Below are positions 10,289 through 19,700 of a DNA stretch of 64,000 nucleotides, one piece after another. The first letter of the stretch is position 1; every line of letters starts with the position of its first letter. Below the pieces are notes generated by a model, which had not been told where the DNA came from, did no database searches, and was given only the letters and a program-made list of their open reading frames with translations. Origin of the DNA: Anaerolineae bacterium. GTDB lineage: Bacteria > Chloroflexota > Anaerolineae > Aggregatilineales > Ch27. The DNA is taken from NCBI GenBank assembly GCA_013178165.1, contig JABLXG010000001.1, forward strand, positions 17,605 to 81,604, given 5' to 3'. Position numbers and translations under genes: made by a program.

Positions 10289-11581
10289 GTGCGGTTTCTC
10301 CATATCGCGGATGTTCACCTGGGCAATCAGCAGTACAACCTCAAGGAACGGTACAACGATTTTGGCCGTGCCTTTGCAGACATGGTGACGCTGGCGCTGG
10401 ATAAAGGCGTGGATGCGCTGGTCATCGCCGGCGACCTGTTCCACAAGTCGGCAGTTGAGCCGCTGACATTGCTGCAGGCTGAGGATGGCCTGCAGCGTTT
10501 GCACGATGCCGGTGTGCCGGTGATTGTGGTGCATGGCAACCACGATAGCGCGCGCTACATGGCCCAGATGTCCTGGCTGGATTATCTTGGCGAGCGCGGC
10601 CTTGTTCATCTGCTGGCTCCGCAGTTCGACCGTTCAGGCGTTGTGCTGCTGCCCTGGGATGGTCAGGAGAAGCAGGGCGCGTATCTGGATATCGGCCATA
10701 TCCGGTTTGTAGGCGTGCCCTGGCTTGGATCGTCAGCAGGACACGTGCTGGGCGAGATCGCTCAGAAGTTGCCTGCTCTGCCAGCGGATGGGATCACGTT
10801 TACCGTGCTGGTGACTCATGCCGGTGTGGAAGGTCAGATGCCGCATATGGCCGGCGGGCTCAAATTCAGCCAGATCAACCCGCTTAAGGATGTGGTGCAG
10901 TACGTGGCGCTCGGTCACCTGCATAAGCCCTATGCCGTGGACGACTGGATATACAACCCCGGTTCGCTGGAAACATGTGGCTTTGACGAAGCGGAGTACA
11001 GGCGCGGTGCTTACCTGGTTGAGGTTTCAGAAGAGGGCAGTCACCGCGCCGAACATCTCGTCAATGTGCGGCGATTGTTCCTGTCAATTACGGTTGATGT
11101 TGATCTCTGTACCACACCGGAAGCGCTGTATAGCCTGGTTCAGGCAGTAGTTCAGGAGGCCAGACGTAAGCATGAAGCCGATCTGCAGGCGATCCCGGAT
11201 CCTGAGCGCCGGAAGCCGGTTGTCCGCCTGATCCTGCGCGGGAACCTGGCCTTTGATCGCTCCCAGCTTGACCTTGAGAAAACCCGGCAAGTGGTGCTGG
11301 ACGAGTTCGAACCCCTGCATGGACGGGTCGATGACCAGACGACACTGCTCGGTTTGGCGGTGGAGACGGACTCTACCCTGACACGGGAGCAATTGGAGCG
11401 CAGGGTGTTTGCTGCGCTGGTTCGGGGAGATCCGCGTTTCAGAGGGCATGAGGATGAGATGACAGCCCTGTTGCAGGAAGTGAAAGAGATGGCTCTACGG
11501 AAAGTGGATCCGGCGGCTATCTACACGCTTCTTGACGCCCAGCTCCACTGGATGGAAGAAGGCAGCGATGTGGATCACTAG
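10289..11581 (+). CDS. mre11: Mre11/SbcD-family DNA repair nuclease
   Basis: FLHIADVHLG, IAGDLFH, GNHD, THAG, ALGHLH and YNPGS. The start is GTG 10289 after GGAGG. Confidence 0.93.
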   Translation: MRFLHIADVHLGNQQYNLKERYNDFGRAFADMVTLALDKGVDALVIAGDLFHKSAVEPLTLLQAEDGLQRLHDAGVPVIVVHGNHDSARYMAQMSWLDYLGERGLVHLLAPQFDRSGVVLLPWDGQEKQGAYLDIGHIRFVGVPWLGSSAGHVLGEIAQKLPALPADGITFTVLVTHAGVEGQMPHMAGGLKFSQINPLKDVVQYVALGHLHKPYAVDDWIYNPGSLETCGFDEAEYRRGAYLVEVSEEGSHRAEHLVNVRRLFLSITVDVDLCTTPEALYSLVQAVVQEARRKHEADLQAIPDPERRKPVVRLILRGNLAFDRSQLDLEKTRQVVLDEFEPLHGRVDDQTTLLGLAVETDSTLTREQLERRVFAALVRGDPRFRGHEDEMTALLQEVKEMALRKVDPAAIYTLLDAQLHWMEEGSDVDH

Positions 11582-14546
11582 TGTGCAACTGACCAACATC
11601 AAGAGCTATGGGCCGGATGGCCAGACCATCCCCTTCAAGGAGGGAGTTAACCTGATTCAGGGGGAAAATGGGGCGGGCAAGTCCACAATCCTGGAAGCGA
11701 TTGGCCTGGCGCTCTTTGATCGCAAGCCCTATAACCTGGGGAGCTTTGTCCGGGAAGGGGCGCGTACCGGACGAATAGAGGTCGGCTTTTTCAGCAGTCT
11801 TGATGAGCGCGAATATGTGGTGGTGCGTGCGGTAGGCGGTAGCAGCCAGACGTATGTTTACGATCCGCAAATCAAGGCGAAAGTCTGCGAAGGCCGGGAT
11901 GATACACTGAAGTTCATCCGCGATCATCTGCAGGCCGAAGATGACGCCGATCTGACCACCTTCTTTGTGGACGCTGTTGGCGTGCCGCAGGGAACCATGA
12001 CGGCCATCTTCCGCGAGACAGCAGCCGCTCGGAAGGAGAAGTTCAACCGGCTGTTGCGGATGGATGCCTATGAGATCGCTTACAAGAACCTGAGCGAGAC
12101 AGGACACTATATTCGCGACCAGATCGCTGGCAATCAGACCCGGCAGGCTCATCTGCAGGGCAAGCTGGCTGACCTGCCGAATGTGACCGCCGCAATCGAC
12201 CGGATTACCCAGGAACTGACGGCTGCTGAAGTACAGCATGCTGATATCCGCCAGCAACTGACAGCCGTCAGTGAGCAGCGACAGGCAGCCGATCGGCAGC
12301 GCGATCGCCTGGATGACCTGACGCGGCGGGTCGAAGCAGCTGCCGCTGAACTGCGGGTTTTGGATGAGAAGTTGACCTCAGCAGGCAATGCCGTGCGAGA
12401 AGCCGAGGCGGCCCAGGATATCGTTGGCAGGACCAAGGCAGCTTATGATGGGTATGAGGCTGCTGAACGGGACCTGGCCGCCCTGCAGGCCAAGCAGCAG
12501 GAGTACCACCGCGTTCAGGAACGCCAGCACGAACTGGACAAACAGCATGGCCTGCTGGCCACCGCACTGGATCGGCTGCGCCGCGATCTGGAAGGGGCTG
12601 TTCGAGCTGAAGAGGAAATGGCCACGCTTGAGCCGCTGGTCCGCGAGCAGGAGGTTTTGGAAGCGGCGCTGACAAAGGCGCGGACTGACCAGGCTACCCT
12701 TCAGCAAAGTAAGGCACAGCTTGACCATCTGCAGGGGGTTCTGGCTGACCTGCGCAGGCGCATGGCCAGCAGTCAGGCGTTTCTGGTGGCCGCTGGCCTG
12801 AACCTGGTGAAGCCGATCACTGAGTCTGTTGAGGCTGAAGCAGAGAACGTGGATCTTGCCGCTGAACAGGCCCGTGCTGCGGTGACCCAGCTGGAGCGCG
12901 CCGCAGATCGCCTCGCCGCGGCGCAGGCTGCCCTGGATCGTGAAATACAGGAGCAGCAGGCCGTGGTCGATCAGGTGGCGCGGAGCCGGGTGGTGCAGGA
13001 ACAACTCGACGCTGCCCGGCGGATGCTGGATGATCTGGCTGACCGGAGGCGGTCGCTGGAGGTCCGGCTGGAACGGCTGCACAGCGATCAGGCTCAGCTG
13101 CAGGAATATGCGGCGCTGCTGGATGAAGCCGGGGCTATTTGCCCGGTTTGCCGGCGACCGATGGATGCGCATGCCCAGGCGCAGGCGGCAGATCACTATC
13201 AGCAGGAACAAGAACGGCTGGTCAGAGAGCTTGCCGCCCTAGAAGCCGAACTTGATCGGGTGAGCGGTCAGCTCGCCGGGATCGAGGTGGAGCGCGCAGG
13301 CTTGCAGGCAGAACTGGATCACCTGCCCAGCGCAGCCAGCCTGACTCTTGTGGAGCAGCGGGTTCAGCAGGCCCAGCGTGACCATGATGATGTCGCTGCG
13401 GAGGCTTCAGACTCCTATGGTCGTTGTCAGGCGGACCTGCACACGTTTGAACGGGCGCTGGAAGTCGAAGCCGCGGTGGTGGCTAACCTGCAGCAGAGCG
13501 TAGCTCGGCTCCCGGAACTGGAGGCTCAGTGGCAGGCGCTCGGCGATCCGCGCCGCCGCTATGAGCGTGTTCAGGACATTGCTGCTACCCGCAAGGAAAT
13601 CGAGGAGGCTCTAAACGCGCAAACAGGGGAACTGGAGCGCCTTGAAACACAGCTGGCGGAAGTTGAGGGGCAACTACGCGAGTTCGCTGATCTTGACGCC
13701 CGGCTGGCGGCAGTGGCTGAGGAGAAGGCGCGTCACGAGGCTGGCTATCGGGAGTACCTGGCGCACGTCGCTGTTGCCGGACAACTGGAGATCCGCCGGG
13801 CGCAGTTGCATAACCTGGAGGGACAACGCGCTGCCTGGCAGGCAGACCATGCGGCAGTAGTGCAGGAGCGCGATGCTGTCGCGGCTGCCTATGACGCTCA
13901 GGCTCATGAAGAGTTGCGCCAGCGGGAGCGGGAGCTGGAGGGCGAACGAGTCGCGGTGGAAACCCGGCTGGAGGAGTGGAAGCGCACCCTGCAGGCTCAT
14001 CAGGAGCGGCTTGGCGTGCTACAGGAGTCTCAGGCGCAGTTACTGGCGCTGGAGGCGGAACTGAAACGACTGAATACTCGGCATGATGTCTTGGAGTTTC
14101 TGCGGGAGAGCATCCGCAAGGCAGGCCCCGAGATCGTCCGGCAGCTGGTGCGCCTAATCAGCGAACAGGCCAACCAGATTTTCGGCGATATCCTGGGCGA
14201 TCACAGCATGGTGTTGAACTGGGATGAGGCATTCGGGATCACGGTCAACCAGAGAGGGCAGCAGCGTGACTTTGAGTTGCTTTCCGGTGGAGAGCAGATG
14301 GTGGCGGCGATGGCCGTACGACTGGCGCTGCTGATGCATCTGGCCAACGTGAAGTTCGCCTTTTTTGATGAACCGACGACCAATCTGGACGATATTCGGC
14401 GCGAACAACTGGCCGAGAACCTGGCCAGCCTGAGGGTGTTACAGCAGCTCTTTGTGATCAGCCATGACGATACGTTTGAACAGGCCGGTTACCACGTGAT
14501 TCAGGTGGCCAAGGAAGATGGCCTTAGCCAGGTGAGGGTGCTATGA
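11568..14546 (+). CDS. rad50: Rad50/SbcC SMC-like ATPase
   Basis: Walker A GENGAGKS, Q-loop VPQG, long coiled coils, central CPVC zinc hook, LSGGE signature, Walker B FFDEPT and H-loop ISHD. Start ATG 11568. Confidence 0.95.
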   Translation: MWITSVQLTNIKSYGPDGQTIPFKEGVNLIQGENGAGKSTILEAIGLALFDRKPYNLGSFVREGARTGRIEVGFFSSLDEREYVVVRAVGGSSQTYVYDPQIKAKVCEGRDDTLKFIRDHLQAEDDADLTTFFVDAVGVPQGTMTAIFRETAAARKEKFNRLLRMDAYEIAYKNLSETGHYIRDQIAGNQTRQAHLQGKLADLPNVTAAIDRITQELTAAEVQHADIRQQLTAVSEQRQAADRQRDRLDDLTRRVEAAAAELRVLDEKLTSAGNAVREAEAAQDIVGRTKAAYDGYEAAERDLAALQAKQQEYHRVQERQHELDKQHGLLATALDRLRRDLEGAVRAEEEMATLEPLVREQEVLEAALTKARTDQATLQQSKAQLDHLQGVLADLRRRMASSQAFLVAAGLNLVKPITESVEAEAENVDLAAEQARAAVTQLERAADRLAAAQAALDREIQEQQAVVDQVARSRVVQEQLDAARRMLDDLADRRRSLEVRLERLHSDQAQLQEYAALLDEAGAICPVCRRPMDAHAQAQAADHYQQEQERLVRELAALEAELDRVSGQLAGIEVERAGLQAELDHLPSAASLTLVEQRVQQAQRDHDDVAAEASDSYGRCQADLHTFERALEVEAAVVANLQQSVARLPELEAQWQALGDPRRRYERVQDIAATRKEIEEALNAQTGELERLETQLAEVEGQLREFADLDARLAAVAEEKARHEAGYREYLAHVAVAGQLEIRRAQLHNLEGQRAAWQADHAAVVQERDAVAAAYDAQAHEELRQRERELEGERVAVETRLEEWKRTLQAHQERLGVLQESQAQLLALEAELKRLNTRHDVLEFLRESIRKAGPEIVRQLVRLISEQANQIFGDILGDHSMVLNWDEAFGITVNQRGQQRDFELLSGGEQMVAAMAVRLALLMHLANVKFAFFDEPTTNLDDIRREQLAENLASLRVLQQLFVISHDDTFEQAGYHVIQVAKEDGLSQVRVL

Positions 14547-15703
14547 CACCATTGTATGCCAGCCGGGTAGCCGAGGCTCTGGCCCGCAAGGGTGGCGCAT
14601 TCGAGGCTTCTGAACGCGACATGCGCGAAGATCTGGCCTTGCTACAGGAGGCTCTGCTGGTGATGGGCCGCCTGTCGCGGCAGGAGGTCGAGGCACGCAT
14701 TGCCGGAATTGACCGGCCCGGTGCGCGTCCGACCGAGGAGCAGGACACCCGGCCGTTGATCATCCCCTTTGAGACCCGCTGGCCGGATCACCGCCAGGCG
14801 CGTGAGTGGGCCCTGAATACGCTGGTCGGGATCACGACATTCGCAGTCGATGGTTCGCAGATCTTCCCGAACCGCGATATGTCTATGCCGGTCGGGCTGG
14901 TTCAGGTGGGTTGGTTCGAAAATCCGCATGATGTCGCTGGCACCTATACCAAGGATGTGCAGGTGGAGGTGCTGACGCCCGCCGAGTTATTGCAGGCGGT
15001 TGAGGCCGGATACGCCGAGCACGAAGTTGAGTGGCGGCGCTTTGTCGGCGAGGTTCGGCGCCTGAAGGAGTTCATGGAAGCCCGAAAGGGCGGTCCGGCG
15101 CTGGCCTTTCTGGATGGCTCGCTGATTCTGTCATTTGTGCATACCATGCGTGAATCGCGGCAGCGCGACTATATCGCGCAGGTAGTCGATCTGCTGCAGT
15201 GTTCTGAGAGGACGGGCGTGCCGGTGATCGGCTACATCGACTCCAGCCTGGCTGCTGACCTGACCACGCTGCTGCACCATGCTGCCGGTTACCGCGGCGG
15301 GCGGGTGGGAGACGCCACCGCGGTCCGGCGGCGGATGCAGTGGGGCGACCGCACGCGGTGGTATGTCTGTAGCCGGGATGATGAGGTGGTTGACAGCGGG
15401 TATTACGAGCGGGTGCTATTCACGTATCTCAAAACCACACGGGATTACCCGCCGGCGCGGGTGGAAATGCCGGCCTGGGTCTTTGAGCAGGGGCGGCACG
15501 AATGGGTACTGGATGTCGTCCGTGCCGAATGTATCGTGGGGGTAGGATATCCTTATCCACTGGAGACGGCAGACGCCGTAGCCGTCCTGAGCATGCAGGA
15601 TCGCGAGCGTTTTTACCGGTTGTTCCAGGCGTTTGCCAGCGAGCGCGGGATCAGCGTGCGCTTTAGCCGCAAACTGGTCAGCAAGCGCGGACGCCGGGTG
15701 TGA
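14543..15703 (+). CDS. nurA: NurA-family 5'-3' nuclease
   Basis: FAVDGSQ, FLDGSL and C-terminal GYPYPL motifs; ATGA overlap with rad50. Confidence 0.88.
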   Translation: MTPLYASRVAEALARKGGAFEASERDMREDLALLQEALLVMGRLSRQEVEARIAGIDRPGARPTEEQDTRPLIIPFETRWPDHRQAREWALNTLVGITTFAVDGSQIFPNRDMSMPVGLVQVGWFENPHDVAGTYTKDVQVEVLTPAELLQAVEAGYAEHEVEWRRFVGEVRRLKEFMEARKGGPALAFLDGSLILSFVHTMRESRQRDYIAQVVDLLQCSERTGVPVIGYIDSSLAADLTTLLHHAAGYRGGRVGDATAVRRRMQWGDRTRWYVCSRDDEVVDSGYYERVLFTYLKTTRDYPPARVEMPAWVFEQGRHEWVLDVVRAECIVGVGYPYPLETADAVAVLSMQDRERFYRLFQAFASERGISVRFSRKLVSKRGRRV

Positions 15704-15715
15704 GGGAGGGTGATA

Positions 15716-16321
15716 GTGAGCGTATCGTTGGGGAAGATTGTCAAGTCGAACTCGCATACCGATTACATCTGTCAGGTCTACGGGCGCAACGAGTTTGACC
15801 CCGCGCCGGGTGTGGAGAACTACGCGCTGGGCACCTTCGTCCGGATTGAACTGGAGGCCGGGAAGGCCGGCGCACTGGTGGGCCTGATTTATGACACCGT
15901 GCTGCTCAACCCTGACTTTGGACGCCTGGGGCCGCGGCTGTCACCGGAAACTGAGCTGGCCATGTTCACGCCGGATTACCTGAATGAGCGGGCAGTGCTG
16001 GTAGGCATCACCGCTATTGGGCGGGTCAAAGCAAATGGGGACGTGTTTCAGGGTGTGCCATTGCTGGCGGCCAACAGCGATGCGCAGGTCATCCAGATGA
16101 CGGACGACGAAATCCGCGCCTTTCATGCCTATGATGGCTCGTTGCATCTGGACTACCTGCCGTTGCTGGCACACATGGATCATCCGCTGGCTCTGCACCT
16201 TGGCCTGATTGTGTTGAGGAAGCTGGGGCGCCTGTTGCCAGAGTGTGCAACCGAACTGGCGGTGTTGAGCGATGACCTGTTGTGGCGGACGCAAATCGGG
16301 CCGCTGGGAGGAATGCAATGA
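15716..16321 (+). CDS. Stand-alone HAS-barrel-like protein
   Basis: LGKIVKSNSHTDY..Q, LGTFVRI and GLIYD pattern, resembling the N-terminal barrel of HerA/ATP synthase. GTG 15716 lies 6 nt after GGAGG, and the stop overlaps the herA start. Confidence 0.65.
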   Translation: MSVSLGKIVKSNSHTDYICQVYGRNEFDPAPGVENYALGTFVRIELEAGKAGALVGLIYDTVLLNPDFGRLGPRLSPETELAMFTPDYLNERAVLVGITAIGRVKANGDVFQGVPLLAANSDAQVIQMTDDEIRAFHAYDGSLHLDYLPLLAHMDHPLALHLGLIVLRKLGRLLPECATELAVLSDDLLWRTQIGPLGGMQ

Positions 16322-17985
16322 ACCAGCCACTGGGTCGGGCCAAAGGGCCGGGGCCGACGCCCCACAGCTTCCTGTTTGTCTCGCCGGATGACGAGCAGAA
16401 ACTCAAAGTTGGCGAGTTCATCACCTACCCCGTGTCCCTGGGTGGCGGCCAGGAAGAACTGGTGCTTTCCCGGATTACAGAGCGCCGACCAGTGCGCCTG
16501 TACCCCAATGCGTTTTCCGGCGATCCGCAGGTGGACCCTAACCGGATTGCCGCGATGGTGGGTTACCAGGGCCGGAGCAGTGAACTCTTTGAGATCACGG
16601 CAGAGGTGATTGGCTATTATGACCGCCAGTTAAAAGATTTCGTCAATCCCCGCGTGCCACCCCGCGTGGGGACGCCGATCGCGCTGGCCGAAAACACTTA
16701 TCTGTCGGATGTGCTCAGCCGCTGCAAACCGGATGAGATCGGCGCGGCGACGATTGGCTGGTTACTCAGCCGCCCGCGGGGCGATGTGCCGGTGGCGATC
16801 GATGTTGGCGCTGTGGTCAGTACACACCTGGCGATCATCGCCAGTACCGGGGCGGGCAAGAGCTACACGGCCAGCGTCCTGATCGAAGAGATGATCCGGG
16901 CCAACAACCGGGCCGCGATCCTGGTTATCGACCCACACGGTGAGTACAACACGCTGGCCGAACTGCCCAACGCCAAACAGCTTTGCCGGGACAGTTACCG
17001 CCCGGAAGCGCGGATCTATGCGCCAGGCGACGTGAAGATCCGGGTGGGGACGCTGGAGCGGGGTGATCTGCGTTATTTGTTGCCCAGTGTCACTGATCGT
17101 ATGGACTACATGCTGGGCCGCGCCTACCGGCAAGCACAGAATTTGAGTCGTCAGCGTTTCAATACGGAAGACCGCTGGACTCGTGCTGAGTTGCTGGGGG
17201 TGCTGGATCGCATCGATGAGGATGCTGAAGATAACTTCGATAAAGGGACTATCCAGGCGCTCCGGTGGCGACTGGAAAGCACGATCAAGACAGGCAAGGG
17301 CCAGATCTTTGACGATCAGGAGCAGACTTCGCTGGAGGAATTGTTCCGACCGGGGCGCTGCTCGGTGATGCAACTCAACCAGATCGACAGCCGGGAACAA
17401 CAGGTGATCGTCGCTGCACTGCTGCGGCGCATCTTCACGGCGCGGATGCGCACCAAGAACAGCGAGGTAGGGCCGGACAGCGACTACTATCTGCCGTATC
17501 CCGTCTTCATCCTGATTGAAGAGGCGCACAATTACGCCCCCGCCGGTGTCGATATTGTCACGACCGGCATCTTGAAGAAGATTCTGGCGGAGGGGCGCAA
17601 GTTCGGCGTCGGCGTGGGGCTGATCAGCCAGCGGCCCGGCAAGCTGGATTCGGACGTCCTTTCCCAATGTAACACGCAAATCCTGCTGCGGATCGTCAAT
17701 CCGATCGACCAGGCCCGTGTACGGGAGAGTGTGGAAAGCGTTGGTCGGGACTTGCTGGCGGAACTGCCGTCGCTGACTAAAGGGCAGGCAATCATCTCCG
17801 GGGCGGCGGTTAATACGCCTGTGTTGTGCCAGATCCGACCACGGTATACCCGTCATGGCGGTGCTGAAGAGGATGCGCCGCGGGCGTGGGTGGCCTACGC
17901 CGATAGCGCACTGGCTCGTCAGCGGGAACAGGATAGTGCGCTGTTACAGCCGACAGGACGGCGCAACCGTCTCTACAAGTCGTAA
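16318..17985 (+). CDS. herA: HerA-family helicase/translocase ATPase
   Basis: N-terminal barrel, HLAIIASTGAGKS, IDPHGEY, ILIEEAHNY, EGRKFGVG, SQRP, SQCNTQI and LTKGQAIISG. Start ATG 16318. Confidence 0.92.
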   Translation: MNQPLGRAKGPGPTPHSFLFVSPDDEQKLKVGEFITYPVSLGGGQEELVLSRITERRPVRLYPNAFSGDPQVDPNRIAAMVGYQGRSSELFEITAEVIGYYDRQLKDFVNPRVPPRVGTPIALAENTYLSDVLSRCKPDEIGAATIGWLLSRPRGDVPVAIDVGAVVSTHLAIIASTGAGKSYTASVLIEEMIRANNRAAILVIDPHGEYNTLAELPNAKQLCRDSYRPEARIYAPGDVKIRVGTLERGDLRYLLPSVTDRMDYMLGRAYRQAQNLSRQRFNTEDRWTRAELLGVLDRIDEDAEDNFDKGTIQALRWRLESTIKTGKGQIFDDQEQTSLEELFRPGRCSVMQLNQIDSREQQVIVAALLRRIFTARMRTKNSEVGPDSDYYLPYPVFILIEEAHNYAPAGVDIVTTGILKKILAEGRKFGVGVGLISQRPGKLDSDVLSQCNTQILLRIVNPIDQARVRESVESVGRDLLAELPSLTKGQAIISGAAVNTPVLCQIRPRYTRHGGAEEDAPRAWVAYADSALARQREQDSALLQPTGRRNRLYKS

Positions 17986-18130
17986 CGCCGCTTTCTGCCG
18001 GCGTGGGCAGGGCCAACAGACGATTCCGCTGGATGTTCCGGCAGGGCTGCTGACCGGTCATCGACGTTACCGGAGGGCGGCCCTGTGTGCTGTTCCTTGC
18101 GTTGCCTGTCGATTTTGTTTGCAGCAGGCG

Positions 18131-18160
18131 TTTACAGATTATGTAGGAACGTGGTACAGT
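18131..18160 (+). promoter_or_regulatory. Candidate sigma70 promoter for the SH3 protein
   Basis: TTTACA, an 18 nt spacer, and TG-G-TACAGT as extended -10. Confidence 0.45.
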
Positions 18161-18226
18161 AAAGATGAAAGCAAGGTTCGTGTTTACTGTCAGACCAATA
18201 GAGAGTTTCTTTGGGGAAGATGAGCG

Positions 18227-19522
18227 ATGCCTTATGCGAAACGTGTATTTCTCCTCCTGATTTGGCTGGTTCCTCTACTGCTACCCGGCCCGGTGTATTC
18301 ACAGTCGCCGGAGTCTTCCTGCCCCCAGATCGTCCAGATCGCGCTTTCCATGGCGGACATGCTGTGCCAGGCGATGGGCACCAACCGCGCCTGCTACGGG
18401 CATATGCTGGTGGACGCCACGCCACGACCGGATGTAACGGCGCTGGACTTCAACCAGGAAGGCGATATCGCCGATGTTCACGCGCTGCAGGCCATCCGGC
18501 TCAGTCCAATGGATCTGGAGATCGGTACGTGGGGAGTTGCCCTGCTCAATCTGCAAGCCTACCTGCAATATACGGCTCCGCAGGAAGTTACCTATGTTCT
18601 GTTTGGCGATGTTGAAGTTACCAACGCGGTCGAGGCCGTGCCGACATTGCTGGCCACGGTCACTACCCGCCAGTATGTCAACGTGCGCCTGGGGCCAACA
18701 ACCAACGCCGGTGTGATTGCCACGCTGGCCCCCGGCGCAGTGATCGAGGCCAAAGGACGGCTGGCCGATAATTCGTGGCTGCGGGTGCTGATCCCGGATA
18801 CGGGGCGGGTTGGCTGGGTCTATGCCCCGGTTCTGTCGCTGGATGGTGACATTGAGACGCTGCAGGTTATGGAAGCCTGGTCGCCATACTACGGGCCGAT
18901 GCAGGCGTTCTACTTCCGCAGCGGGGTCGATGACTCGGTGTGCCAGGAAAGCCCGCAGAGTGGACTGCTGATCCAGACACCGGAAGGTGTGGCCGAAGTC
19001 ACACTGCTAGTCAACGAGGTCAGCATCCAGATGAACGCGACGGCTTACTTCCAGGCCCAGCCAGGTGGCCAGATGACTGTTGGTGTGCTGGACGGCTGGG
19101 CAGTTGTGGAGGCAAACGGGGGACGCCAGCCGGTCTTTGCCGGTACGCAGGTCAGGATTCCGATGGCCAGCAATCTGGCGGCTAGCAGTACCCCAACAGA
19201 GCCGGAGCCGTATGTGCAGGAGAACCTGATGGCGCTGCCGATCAGCCTGTTGCGTCATGAGGTGGAAATCAGCCCGGCGCTGACCGCCGGCGAGATCACC
19301 GCTTTGTTGGCGCGCTGGCGGAGTCTGGTCAGGAATGGGCAGACAGTGACATTCGCCAGTCTGTACACAGAGCAGGGTGTGGAAGAATTAACGACGGTGG
19401 GGGATGCCAGCGGTGATGCGCCAGAAGCGCCCCCTGGTCTGGAGGGTGTACTGCCGCCGGGCTGGGGATCGACGCCGCCGGGTCAGGGGGGTGTGCCGCC
19501 GGGACAGGGCAAGAAGAACTGA
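18227..19522 (+). CDS. Secreted SH3b-domain protein
   Basis: Signal peptide; VNVRLGPTTNAGVIATL...GRLADNSWLRV...GWVYA SH3b pattern; C-terminal PPG repeats. Confidence 0.75.
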   Translation: MPYAKRVFLLLIWLVPLLLPGPVYSQSPESSCPQIVQIALSMADMLCQAMGTNRACYGHMLVDATPRPDVTALDFNQEGDIADVHALQAIRLSPMDLEIGTWGVALLNLQAYLQYTAPQEVTYVLFGDVEVTNAVEAVPTLLATVTTRQYVNVRLGPTTNAGVIATLAPGAVIEAKGRLADNSWLRVLIPDTGRVGWVYAPVLSLDGDIETLQVMEAWSPYYGPMQAFYFRSGVDDSVCQESPQSGLLIQTPEGVAEVTLLVNEVSIQMNATAYFQAQPGGQMTVGVLDGWAVVEANGGRQPVFAGTQVRIPMASNLAASSTPTEPEPYVQENLMALPISLLRHEVEISPALTAGEITALLARWRSLVRNGQTVTFASLYTEQGVEELTTVGDASGDAPEAPPGLEGVLPPGWGSTPPGQGGVPPGQGKKN

Positions 19523-19527
19523 AGCTG

Positions 19528-19565
19528 AAGACCGGCATCCGCGCAGGGTGCCGGTCTTTTGTTTT
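19528..19565 (+). terminator. Intrinsic terminator
   Basis: AAGACCGGCATCC-GCGCA-GGGTGCCGGTCTT followed by TTGTTTT, just after the SH3 gene stop. Confidence 0.85.
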
Positions 19566-19610
19566 ACCCCGCCCGACGGCACTTTCCAGTACAGCGGGTG
19601 AAGTTAGCGT

Positions 19611-19700
19611 TCAGTCATCCGCACTGTCGTTGTCGTTCGTATTGTCATCATCAGTGTCATTGTCGTTGTCAGGGTTGTCCTCGTTATCGTTGCTGTTTGT
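19611..19700. repeat. Imperfect trinucleotide repeat encoding an Asn/Asp tail
   Basis: GTT/GTC/ATC triplet runs on the + strand encode NSNDNEDNPDNDNDTDDDNTNDNDSADD. Confidence 0.7.

Noticed and set aside
10289-17985. Mobile defence island (Wadjet, Lamassu or Sir2-HerA type)
   Set aside because: Components match Mre11/Rad50/NurA/HerA. Flanks are housekeeping genes, composition is host-like and there are no mobility genes. A defence role is kept only as a secondary hypothesis.
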